NCBI GenBank assembly: GCA_016283195.1
Contig: JAEEML010000009.1
Span: forward strand, 1-34,513
Direction of reading: 5' to 3'
DNA length: 34,513 bases
DNA from: Deltaproteobacteria bacterium
GTDB taxonomy: Bacteria; JAEEML01
Shown here one piece after another: positions 8,013-15,283 of the stretch (position 1 is the stretch's first letter; each line of letters begins with the position of its first letter). The notes below the pieces were generated by a model. That model was not told the origin of the DNA, searched no databases, and saw nothing but the letters and a program-made list of their open reading frames with translations. Both the position numbers and the translations under genes were made by a program.

Positions 8013-9638
8013 ATGCGTCTCGGTAACCTCAATTTTTCCCGCTTACTTCATTTGCTCTCCGGCCTCACCATCGGCAGCGGCGTTTTTATGCTCATTCCCT
8101 TTCTGGTGGCTCTGGCCTACGGCGAAGGCGATGCCGAAGCGCATCTTTTGGCTGCCATCATCTCTCTGCTTTTGGGCGGCGTTATTTTTAAATATACCAA
8201 AAAAAGCGGCGGCGATATTTCTCACCGCGAGGGCATTGCTTTTGTGGCTCTTTGCTGGCTGCTTTTGGGGCCACTTGGCGCTCTGCCCTTTTATTTTTAT
8301 GCCGAGCGCCCTGTGCGCCTCTTTCCGGAGCGGGCTAAAATCTCCGCTTATGCCGTCCCAATAGATAATATGGCTACTCACGGCTATTGTGAGGGCCTGG
8401 GCAGTGGCGGCCCGGGCAGTGAATTTTGCTCGCCAGCCAATTGCCTCTTTGAATCCATCAGCGGCATCACTTCCACTGGCTCCTCTATTTTGGGCGCCCC
8501 CAGTCTCTGGCAATCAATGGAACGCACCAGCGCCGAAGAGCTGCCCCACGGTATTCAGCTCTGGCGCCACCTTATCCACCTGATGGGCGGCATGGGCATC
8601 ATCATCCTTTCTCTGGCTGTCATGCCGCTCCTAGGCGCCAGCGGTATGCAGCTCTTTAGAGCCGAGATCTCCGGCCCGGCCGCCAATAAATTCACCCCAA
8701 AAATTGCCGAAACCGCCCGCTGGCTCTGGTCTATTTACCTGGCTCTAACTCTGGTGCAGATTATTCTGCTAAGAATATGCGGCATACCGCTCTTTTCCGC
8801 CATTTGCTTTGCCTTTACCACCATTTCCACCGGCGGCTTTGCCCCACTGGCCGATAGCTCCGGCGGCCTTAATAATCCGGCAGCCGAGTGGACAATGATT
8901 ATTATTATGATCAGCAGCAGTTTAAATTTTACTCTACACTTTATGTTTATGAAGAGAAAATTCAAAAGCTATATAAAAGATCCGGAATGTCGGGCCTATA
9001 TCAGCACTATATTAGTAGTATCACTTCTGCTCGCCTTTATATTATTTTTCAATAACTATCACGACTTATCTTTTGCTTCCACTTTTAGAGTAGCCCTTTT
9101 TCATATTGTCTCCATCATCTCTTCTACCGGCCTGGCCTCCACAGATTTTGGTGCTTTTGACAGCATAACACCGCTCACCACCATGATCTTTATAGCTATT
9201 TCCTGTATCGGCGGCTGCGCCGGATCCACCGCCGGCGGCCTAAAATTCATCCGCGTGCAAATTGCCTTTAAATACGCCGGCCGCGAAATATACCGCCTGA
9301 TTCATCCTAAAGCCATTGCCAATATAAGAATCGGCAATCGGGCAGTGAGCCAAAAAATCACCGACAGTATTTTTGGCTTTTTCGCTTTTTATATTGCCAC
9401 TTTTACTATCTCCATGCTTTTTATCACCGCCCACGGCCATGATATTACCACCGCCGCTTCTTCCACCATAGCCTCGCTAAGCAACACCGGGGTGGGCGTA
9501 GCAAAAGTCGGCCCCTCTTATAATTACAATTACTTTTCTACCGATTTAAAATTGCTCTTTATGCTGCTCATGATCATGGGCCGCCTGGAGATAGTTAATC
9601 TTTTGGCTCTCTTTTCGCTGCGTTTTTGGAAGAAATAA
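8013..9638 (+). CDS. trkH: Trk system potassium uptake membrane protein TrkH
   Basis: FESISGITSTG, GGMGII, STGGF, GGCAGSTAGGLK, IHP and MIMGRLEI motifs. Starts 1 bp after trkA. Confidence 0.93.
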   Translation: MRLGNLNFSRLLHLLSGLTIGSGVFMLIPFLVALAYGEGDAEAHLLAAIISLLLGGVIFKYTKKSGGDISHREGIAFVALCWLLLGPLGALPFYFYAERPVRLFPERAKISAYAVPIDNMATHGYCEGLGSGGPGSEFCSPANCLFESISGITSTGSSILGAPSLWQSMERTSAEELPHGIQLWRHLIHLMGGMGIIILSLAVMPLLGASGMQLFRAEISGPAANKFTPKIAETARWLWSIYLALTLVQIILLRICGIPLFSAICFAFTTISTGGFAPLADSSGGLNNPAAEWTMIIIMISSSLNFTLHFMFMKRKFKSYIKDPECRAYISTILVVSLLLAFILFFNNYHDLSFASTFRVALFHIVSIISSTGLASTDFGAFDSITPLTTMIFIAISCIGGCAGSTAGGLKFIRVQIAFKYAGREIYRLIHPKAIANIRIGNRAVSQKITDSIFGFFAFYIATFTISMLFITAHGHDITTAASSTIASLSNTGVGVAKVGPSYNYNYFSTDLKLLFMLLMIMGRLEIVNLLALFSLRFWKK

Positions 9639-9689
9639 AGGCGCCAAATTATCGGCAAGTCACAAAATAGCTAATATAACTAGTGAATT

Positions 9690-11621
9690 TTAGAATTGGC
9701 TGGCCATGAGTTTATCCACCAGTTTGGTGAATTTAGCCGGATTATCGAGCGGCGAGCCTTCGGCGAGAAGCGACATACCCCAAAGGAGCTCGGCTGCCTC
9801 TTCTATCCGCGCGTCTTCTTTGCAGGTTTTGGCAATTTTGGCCAAATTGGCAATAACCGGATGATGCGGATTAATTTCCATTACCCGCTTGGGGCTTAGA
9901 GCGGCGGCCGCTTTGCCTTGGCTCTGACGCAAAAGGCGCTCGATATGCGGGCTGTAATCATGCTCATCCACCACCAGACAAGCCGGCGAGCTGGTGAGGC
10001 GGCTGGAGAGGCGCACCTCTTTGAGCTCGTCTTTCAAGAGCTCCTGCAAGCGCTCCAAAAGCTCTTTGCACTCATCTTTTTCGGCTTCGCGCTCTTTTTT
10101 AGCCTCTTCACTAGCCTCTTCATCATCCAGGTCAACCTGCCCTTTATTGATGGATTTTAACTTTTTACCCTCATATTCGCCAAGATACTGCACCATAATC
10201 TCATCAACTGGATCAGTCAGATAAAGCACTTCTAAACCGCGTGCTTTAAAGCCCTCCAAGTGGGGCGAGCTCTCAATAACATCGCGCGATTCGCCGGTCA
10301 TATAATAAATATCTTTTTGCCCCTCTTTCATGCGCCCCACATAATCGGCCAGCGATGAAAGCTTTTCCTTATCGGCGGAGGAGGCAAAGAGGAGTAGCGC
10401 AGTCAGGCGATCTTTATTGGCGCTGTCGGAAGTAAAGCCCTCTTTGAGAGCGCGGCCAAATTCCTGCCAAAAGGCCACATAGGCTTCGTATTCTTTTTCT
10501 TTAATATCTTTTAAAGTATCCAGGATCTTCTTGGTGAGGGCCTTTCTAATGGCGGTAATCTGCCGATTATGTTGCAAAATTTCGCGCGAGACATTGAGCG
10601 GCAAATCGGGAGAATCCACCACACCACGCACAAAGCGCAAATAAGTGGGCAACAGGTCTGTGCAATGGTCCATAATTTTCACATGGCGCACATAGAGAGA
10701 AAGCCCGCCCTCATAGCCTTGATAAAAGAGGTCAAAAGGCGCAGCGCCGGGCAAATATAAGAGGGCCTGGTATTCCATAGTGCCTTCGGCTTTTTGGGCA
10801 ATGTGGCGCATGGGGTCGCGCCAATCGTGAGTCAAATGGCGATAAAATTCTTTATATTCGTCTTCGCTCACTTCGCCGGAGCCGCGCAGCCAAATGGCCT
10901 TCATGGAGTTGATGGTCTTAAACTCATATTTGGGCTCTTTGTCTTTAGGCTCTTCACCCTCTTTATGTTCTTCATAAATGGTGCTTTTAAGTTTAATGGG
11001 GTAGCGCACAAAATCGGAATATTTTTTGATTAAATCACTCAAAACCCATTCATCGGTGTAATCGGCCAGCCCTTCATCGAGATCGGCCGGCTTTAAGGTG
11101 AGCACAATTTTGGTGCCGTGCTCCGGCAAAGTGCTCTCTTCCAAAGTATAGCTGCCGTCACCCTTTGATTGCCAGTGCCAGGCTTCTTTATCGCCGGCCT
11201 TTCTGGTGTAAAGATCAACCAGCTCGGAAACCATAAAAGCAGAATAAAAGCCCACACCGAATTGACCAATCATTTCAGGTATTTCGGCTTTTGCTTTTCC
11301 GCCTTTCAGCTGGCGCAAAAGCTCTTTAGTACCCGATTTGGCAATGGTGCCGATATTGGCAATCACTTCATCGTGATTCATGCCGATACCATTATCGGTA
11401 ATGGTAAGCGTGCGCGCTTTTTGGTCCCAATCAATGGTAATAAGCGGCGTACCCTCGGCCAGAGTGTCATCGGTCAAAGTAGCATAGTGCATTTTGTCCA
11501 AAGCATCGGAAGCGTTGGAAATAAGCTCGCGCAAAAATATCTCTTTGTTGGAGTAGATGGAATTAGTCACCAGCTGCAAAAGCTCAGCTGTTTCAGCTTG
11601 AAATGAAAATGTCTCACTCAC
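9690..11621 (-). CDS. htpG: Molecular chaperone HtpG (Hsp90)
   Basis: FQAE, IYSNKEIFLRELISNASDA, DNGIGM, IGQFGVGFYSAF and LPLNVSREILQ. Start corrected to GTG at 11621, which has an upstream GAGGAG RBS. Confidence 0.97.
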   Translation of the reverse strand: MSETFSFQAETAELLQLVTNSIYSNKEIFLRELISNASDALDKMHYATLTDDTLAEGTPLITIDWDQKARTLTITDNGIGMNHDEVIANIGTIAKSGTKELLRQLKGGKAKAEIPEMIGQFGVGFYSAFMVSELVDLYTRKAGDKEAWHWQSKGDGSYTLEESTLPEHGTKIVLTLKPADLDEGLADYTDEWVLSDLIKKYSDFVRYPIKLKSTIYEEHKEGEEPKDKEPKYEFKTINSMKAIWLRGSGEVSEDEYKEFYRHLTHDWRDPMRHIAQKAEGTMEYQALLYLPGAAPFDLFYQGYEGGLSLYVRHVKIMDHCTDLLPTYLRFVRGVVDSPDLPLNVSREILQHNRQITAIRKALTKKILDTLKDIKEKEYEAYVAFWQEFGRALKEGFTSDSANKDRLTALLLFASSADKEKLSSLADYVGRMKEGQKDIYYMTGESRDVIESSPHLEGFKARGLEVLYLTDPVDEIMVQYLGEYEGKKLKSINKGQVDLDDEEASEEAKKEREAEKDECKELLERLQELLKDELKEVRLSSRLTSSPACLVVDEHDYSPHIERLLRQSQGKAAAALSPKRVMEINPHHPVIANLAKIAKTCKEDARIEEAAELLWGMSLLAEGSPLDNPAKFTKLVDKLMASQF

Positions 11622-11662
11622 GATATTCTCCTCTAATGGGCCGGGCCCAAAAACTAGGCTAA

Positions 11663-11690
11663 AGATAGGCACCTCTAAAAGCTTGTCAAG
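11663..11690 (-). promoter_or_regulatory. Putative heat-shock (RpoH-like) or sigma70 promoter of htpG
   Basis: Minus strand CTTGACA-N14-CCTATCT, about 40 bp upstream of the GTG. Resembles the CTTGA...CCTATAT/CCCCAT consensus. Confidence 0.45.
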
Positions 11691-11776
11691 GGGCGCTAAA
11701 ATTGGGTAAGCATAAAAATAGCTTATGCGGCATTTAAACAAAAATGCCGAATATTTATTAAGCAGGGAGGTTTGCA

Positions 11777-12445
11777 ATGAAAGTAGCTCATGTATGTTTG
11801 CCTGTTTTCGTGATTTCTCTTTCTTTTTTCAGCGCAGAGGCTTGTGGAGCCGATAATAATAATAGCTGGCCTAATAATGGTGGTGCAAAACTAACACATA
11901 CAAACGATGCCCAAAGTGATGCCGGCAACATGGAGCCCAGCGAACTGGATATGGCCGTTTTAGCCGAGATAAACCTGGCCCGGGCCAACCCCAAAAATTA
12001 TGCCGAAACTTATATCGCCCCGCTATCCGGCCGCTTTAGCGCCGAATATTTTAATGAATGTATCGAAGAAATGAAGGCCTTAAAACCCCTGCTGGATTAC
12101 ACCTTTAGCCCCGCTCTCTGGCGCATGGCCAAAGCTCACGCCGACACTCAGGGCAAAACCGGACAAACCGGCCACGACCGCACAAACGGCAAAACTTTTG
12201 CGGTAGCGCTAGGCGATTATTGCTCTTCTTATATCCAAGGCGGCGAAAATATCTCCTATGGCTATAGCGCAGCCCGCGATATTGTTATTCAGCTCCTGGT
12301 TGACGACGGCGTAACGACACGCGGCCACCGCAAAAATATTTTGAGCACCTCCTATACCCAGGCCGGTGCCGCCGTAGCTCCCCACTCTACTTATCGCAAT
12401 ATGTGCGTTATTGATTTTGCCAATGGTTGCGTAGAGAAAAAATAA
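11777..12445 (+). CDS. Secreted CAP (SCP/CRISP/PR-1) domain protein
   Basis: Signal peptide, EINLAR, AKAHA, GHDR, GENISYG and LLVDDGV..RGHRKNIL. GGGAGG RBS. Confidence 0.9.
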   Translation: MKVAHVCLPVFVISLSFFSAEACGADNNNSWPNNGGAKLTHTNDAQSDAGNMEPSELDMAVLAEINLARANPKNYAETYIAPLSGRFSAEYFNECIEEMKALKPLLDYTFSPALWRMAKAHADTQGKTGQTGHDRTNGKTFAVALGDYCSSYIQGGENISYGYSAARDIVIQLLVDDGVTTRGHRKNILSTSYTQAGAAVAPHSTYRNMCVIDFANGCVEKK

Positions 12446-12470
12446 GTTTACCTTTGGCTTCCGCCGCCTC

Positions 12471-12497
12471 TTCCTGTTTTCCTGTTTTCCTGTTTTC
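12471..12497. repeat. Tandem 8-bp repeat (TTCCTGTT x3 plus a partial unit)
   Basis: Read directly: units start at 12471, 12479 and 12487. Confidence 0.85.
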
Positions 12498-12536
12498 TTT
12501 CGCACTTGCACCCATTAAAAGATTTAACTCATTTCA

Positions 12537-12564
12537 TTACTCTTAGTATTTTACTCTTAGTATT
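12537..12564. repeat. Exact tandem 14-bp duplication TTACTCTTAGTATT x2
   Basis: Read directly: 12537-12550 and 12551-12564. Confidence 0.85.
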
Positions 12565-12631
12565 TTTGTACATTAAGTTAAGGTATCAAAATTTGGGGGA
12601 GCGAACAGGCAGGCAAGCTTAAAGCGCAGGA

Positions 12632-14227
12632 TTATTCACTGATGCATTGGTGATCATCGGGAATATCACCGTTGTACGCGCCTTGGGCAGTAAAATCACA
12701 TCTGGTATTGCCGGAGAAAACAATATTTCCTTCAAAAGTAACATCAGAGCCGCTTCTCAAAACCAGAGCGCCTTCGCTACCTTTGCCACCATTCATAAAG
12801 CTGGCATTTTTAATGGTGCTGGCTTGTGAATCACGGGTATATTCAATATGGCCCCACTGTTTACCGCTATGGGCAGTAGTAAAAATAGTGTTTTCAATAT
12901 TAAGAGAAGCATTGTTAACAGTAATATTTACACCATCTTCAATGCGCACTTCACCAACTTTAATATTCAAAGTAGCATTTTCAGATACATCTAACCAATC
13001 TTTTACAATAAACGGCACCGGCTGAGCAACCCAGGTAGCGTCCTTAGTAACATAGCCAGCTTCCAGCGCAATTTGGGTATAAGTATCTGTAGCTTTAAGA
13101 ATCGGGCTGAGCTGACCAACGGCTTCCGGGTGAGCAAAAACAGCATTAGCACTAGACATATCAGCAAAGAAGTTCTCGGTAAATGAAGGTACAACGGCCT
13201 TCTGTTCCAAAACAACGCCGCTCTCTTTGGGAGCTACAAAGTCGCAATGGTCAATAGAAGCGCCGCGGCTTTTGATTCTAATAGCTTCTGTAGCATATTC
13301 AAAGATAGTATAAGCAAATCTGCTGCTGGTTTGAGCTTCGTCTTCAAATTTTATCCCATTCCAATCTCCGGCGCTAGGCTCGCTGGCGGTTGAAGTAAAG
13401 AGTATTTGCTTTTCTTTTTTGCCTTCACAGAAAATAGCGCCATTGGTGGCTACAGTGATGGAACCACCGATATTCATAAAGAAAGTATTGCTATCTTCAA
13501 TAGTAAGGGCGGCATTCAAATCAACCCAGTTTTCAAGCTCAAAAGGAATCGGTTGATATTTCCAAGTGGCTTTACTGGTAACATGGCCGGACGGGACAAA
13601 AATCACCGAAGAAGCGGTATCATCTATTTTGATGGTTCCAACTGAGCGCAAAGCATTGGGATGAGCTTTAATGGCATAAGCGCCGTTCATTTTGGCAAAA
13701 TAGTTGCCGCTAAATGAATCGAGAGTGACATTTTCGCCCAGGACAACACCAACATCTTTCGGAGCAATAAAGTCACAGTTGTCAACAGAAGCGCCGATTT
13801 TGTCCATTTTCAAAGCTTCTGTAGCATATTCAAAGATAGTATTAGAAAATTTGCTGCCATTGGCGGCTTCATTGTCAAAATCAATACCTTTCCAATAACC
13901 GGCGGAAGGAATATCGGTATCGGCAGTAAAGATAATAGTTCTGTCTTTATCACTTCCGCCCTCGGAAAGAATGCGGCCGCCACCACCAATGGTAAGACTA
14001 GCTTCGCGCCCCATTCTTATGGTAGCACCGGGCTCGATGGTCAAAGTGGCGTTTTCTACAGTAACCCAACCTTTAATGGTGTGAGAACCCCGCCAAGTGG
14101 TATTGGCTTTAATAACTTCTCCTTCGTGAACGTAAGAGGAGCCGCCGTCCAAAATGATACAACTCGGAACACTCAGCGACAAGAGCGATGAGAGGGCCAG
14201 TACCGGCAACGTCTGCTTTAATTTCAT
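12632..14227 (-). CDS. Putative lipoprotein with repeated right-handed beta-helix (pectin-lyase-like fold) modules
   Basis: Signal peptide ending in SVPSC23 (atypical lipobox). Repeated LTIEPG...IIFT...AGxWxGIxF...TIFEYA units with ~177 aa period. AAGGAG RBS. Confidence 0.75.
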   Translation of the reverse strand: MKLKQTLPVLALSSLLSLSVPSCIILDGGSSYVHEGEVIKANTTWRGSHTIKGWVTVENATLTIEPGATIRMGREASLTIGGGGRILSEGGSDKDRTIIFTADTDIPSAGYWKGIDFDNEAANGSKFSNTIFEYATEALKMDKIGASVDNCDFIAPKDVGVVLGENVTLDSFSGNYFAKMNGAYAIKAHPNALRSVGTIKIDDTASSVIFVPSGHVTSKATWKYQPIPFELENWVDLNAALTIEDSNTFFMNIGGSITVATNGAIFCEGKKEKQILFTSTASEPSAGDWNGIKFEDEAQTSSRFAYTIFEYATEAIRIKSRGASIDHCDFVAPKESGVVLEQKAVVPSFTENFFADMSSANAVFAHPEAVGQLSPILKATDTYTQIALEAGYVTKDATWVAQPVPFIVKDWLDVSENATLNIKVGEVRIEDGVNITVNNASLNIENTIFTTAHSGKQWGHIEYTRDSQASTIKNASFMNGGKGSEGALVLRSGSDVTFEGNIVFSGNTRCDFTAQGAYNGDIPDDHQCISE

Positions 14228-14275
14228 GGTTTACTCCTTTTGTTAATATGGCTAAATAGCCAAGCATGTTTTGAA

Positions 14276-14304
14276 AGTGTAATGTATTTATTAATTTAAG
14301 TCAA
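14276..14304 (-). promoter_or_regulatory. sigma70-type promoter of the beta-helix lipoprotein gene
   Basis: Minus strand TTGACT (14304-14299), 17-bp spacer, TACACT (14281-14276). Confidence 0.6.
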
Positions 14305-14312
14305 GGCAAGTG

Positions 14313-14329
14313 ATGTGAGCTAGGTCACG
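14313..14329. promoter_or_regulatory. CRP/FNR-family operator-like palindrome
   Basis: ATGTGAgCTAGgTCACg versus the CRP consensus ATGTGATCTAGATCACA. Confidence 0.55.
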
Positions 14330-14347
14330 GACAGCAAAAAATCGCAA

Positions 14348-14644
14348 CTATTTCACATTTTCATAATGTGTCCACAGGCGAATGATTTTTACTGCGCCTT
14401 CATATTCTATTCCACCATCGGTAATTGCTTTATTGATTATCTCGTAAACCAACCTGTGTTTTATATTTATTCTTCGGGAATAAAGTCCGCTAAGATTGCC
14501 AACAAGCTCTTCATATGGCGGCTCTAGCGGATTCTTTCTAAGAATTTCGATTAGCGCTTTTGCTTTGCCATCGAGCAAAGCTGCTTTGAGATTTTTGGCA
14601 TCTTTGGCTGCCTGCTGGTCGTAATAATATATTTCGCTAAGCAA
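14348..14644 (-). CDS. Txe/YoeB family ribosome-dependent mRNase toxin, orphan (possibly unexpressed)
   Basis: QAAKDAK, PPYEELVGNLSGLYSRRINIKHRLVY and WTHYE are diagnostic. TTG start with no SD; no antitoxin ORF adjacent. Confidence 0.8.
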   Translation of the reverse strand: MLSEIYYYDQQAAKDAKNLKAALLDGKAKALIEILRKNPLEPPYEELVGNLSGLYSRRINIKHRLVYEIINKAITDGGIEYEGAVKIIRLWTHYENVK

Positions 14645-14691
14645 AATAAAGAAGGCTAATGTAAAAATAGCGCTGGGGTATGGTGATGAGA

Positions 14692-15177
14692 TTAGCTATC
14701 CGCTCTGATGGTGGCGCTGGCCAGCATGGAAGTGGTGGTGTAAATGGTCTCATTGGCTTTACGCAAACGGTGAGCCAGAGCAATAGCTACCGATTTATAA
14801 AACTTAGCCGCCATTTCAAAATCGGAATTAATGATTTTTTCCAAATCGCTGCGCTTTAAAACAATGAGCTGCGTATCGGTAATAGCTTTGATGGTGGCAC
14901 TGCGCGTGGCATCATCAAGAAGCGACATCTCACCGAAATAATCCATCTCGCCGAGAGTATTAACTTGAATCGGCGGCGAATTAGGATCTTTATCCACCAT
15001 AACGCCCACCCGCCCATGCTTAATAACATAAAGAGCGTCACCGGCATCGCCGACCCGGATAATATCCTCGCCGGCAGGCACATTTTTGGAAAAAATCACG
15101 CGGTTAAAACGCATAATTTCCATAGTGGAGAAGTATTTAAAAAATGAAGTACCACGCAAAAGTTCTGTGTTTTCCAT
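14692..15177 (-). CDS. Stand-alone cyclic-nucleotide-binding domain protein (no HTH)
   Basis: GDAGDALYVI.HG, phosphate-binding cassette FGEMSLLDDATRSATI, C-helix RLRKAN. Start set to ATG 15177 after GGGGGA. Confidence 0.88.
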   Translation of the reverse strand: MENTELLRGTSFFKYFSTMEIMRFNRVIFSKNVPAGEDIIRVGDAGDALYVIKHGRVGVMVDKDPNSPPIQVNTLGEMDYFGEMSLLDDATRSATIKAITDTQLIVLKRSDLEKIINSDFEMAAKFYKSVAIALAHRLRKANETIYTTTSMLASATIRADS

Positions 15178-15201
15178 AGTTCCCCCAAACAAAGCTGCAT
15201 A

Positions 15202-15263
15202 ATTATGGCATATATAAAAAAAGCGGTCAAGAATGAGAAAACAATTTTTATAATTAATTGTTT
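15202..15263 (-). promoter_or_regulatory. sigma70 promoter of the cNMP gene plus upstream inverted repeat
   Basis: Minus strand TTGACC (15230-15225), 17-bp spacer ending in TGc, CATAAT (15207-15202). AAACAATT-N9-AATTGTTT at 15239-15263. Confidence 0.55.
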
Positions 15264-15283
15264 AGAGGCGGCGGGCTGGTTAA

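Noticed and set aside
11690..11705. CIRCE-like TTAGCGCCC half-site upstream of htpG
   Set aside because: No matching second half-site at 9-bp spacing.
11622..11777. 52-aa N-terminal extension of HtpG
   Set aside because: A GAGGAG RBS precedes GTG 11621, and the extension would cover the promoter region and touch the divergent CAP start.
12471..12564. CRISPR array
   Set aside because: The repeats are 8 and 14 bp, directly tandem with no spacers, and there are no cas genes.
12632..14227. AT-richer codon usage as evidence of horizontal transfer
   Set aside because: A similar T/A-ending preference appears in ftsZ and the GAF gene, so expression-linked bias is an equal explanation. Not quantifiable by eye.
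12461..15274. 11-bp inverted pair CCGCCGCCTCT (12461-12471) / AGAGGCGGCGG (15264-15274) bracketing lipoprotein-yoeB-cNMP as a mobile element
   Set aside because: Short and low-complexity, with no transposase or integrase and no target-site duplication seen. CCGCCG words are frequent in this sequence.
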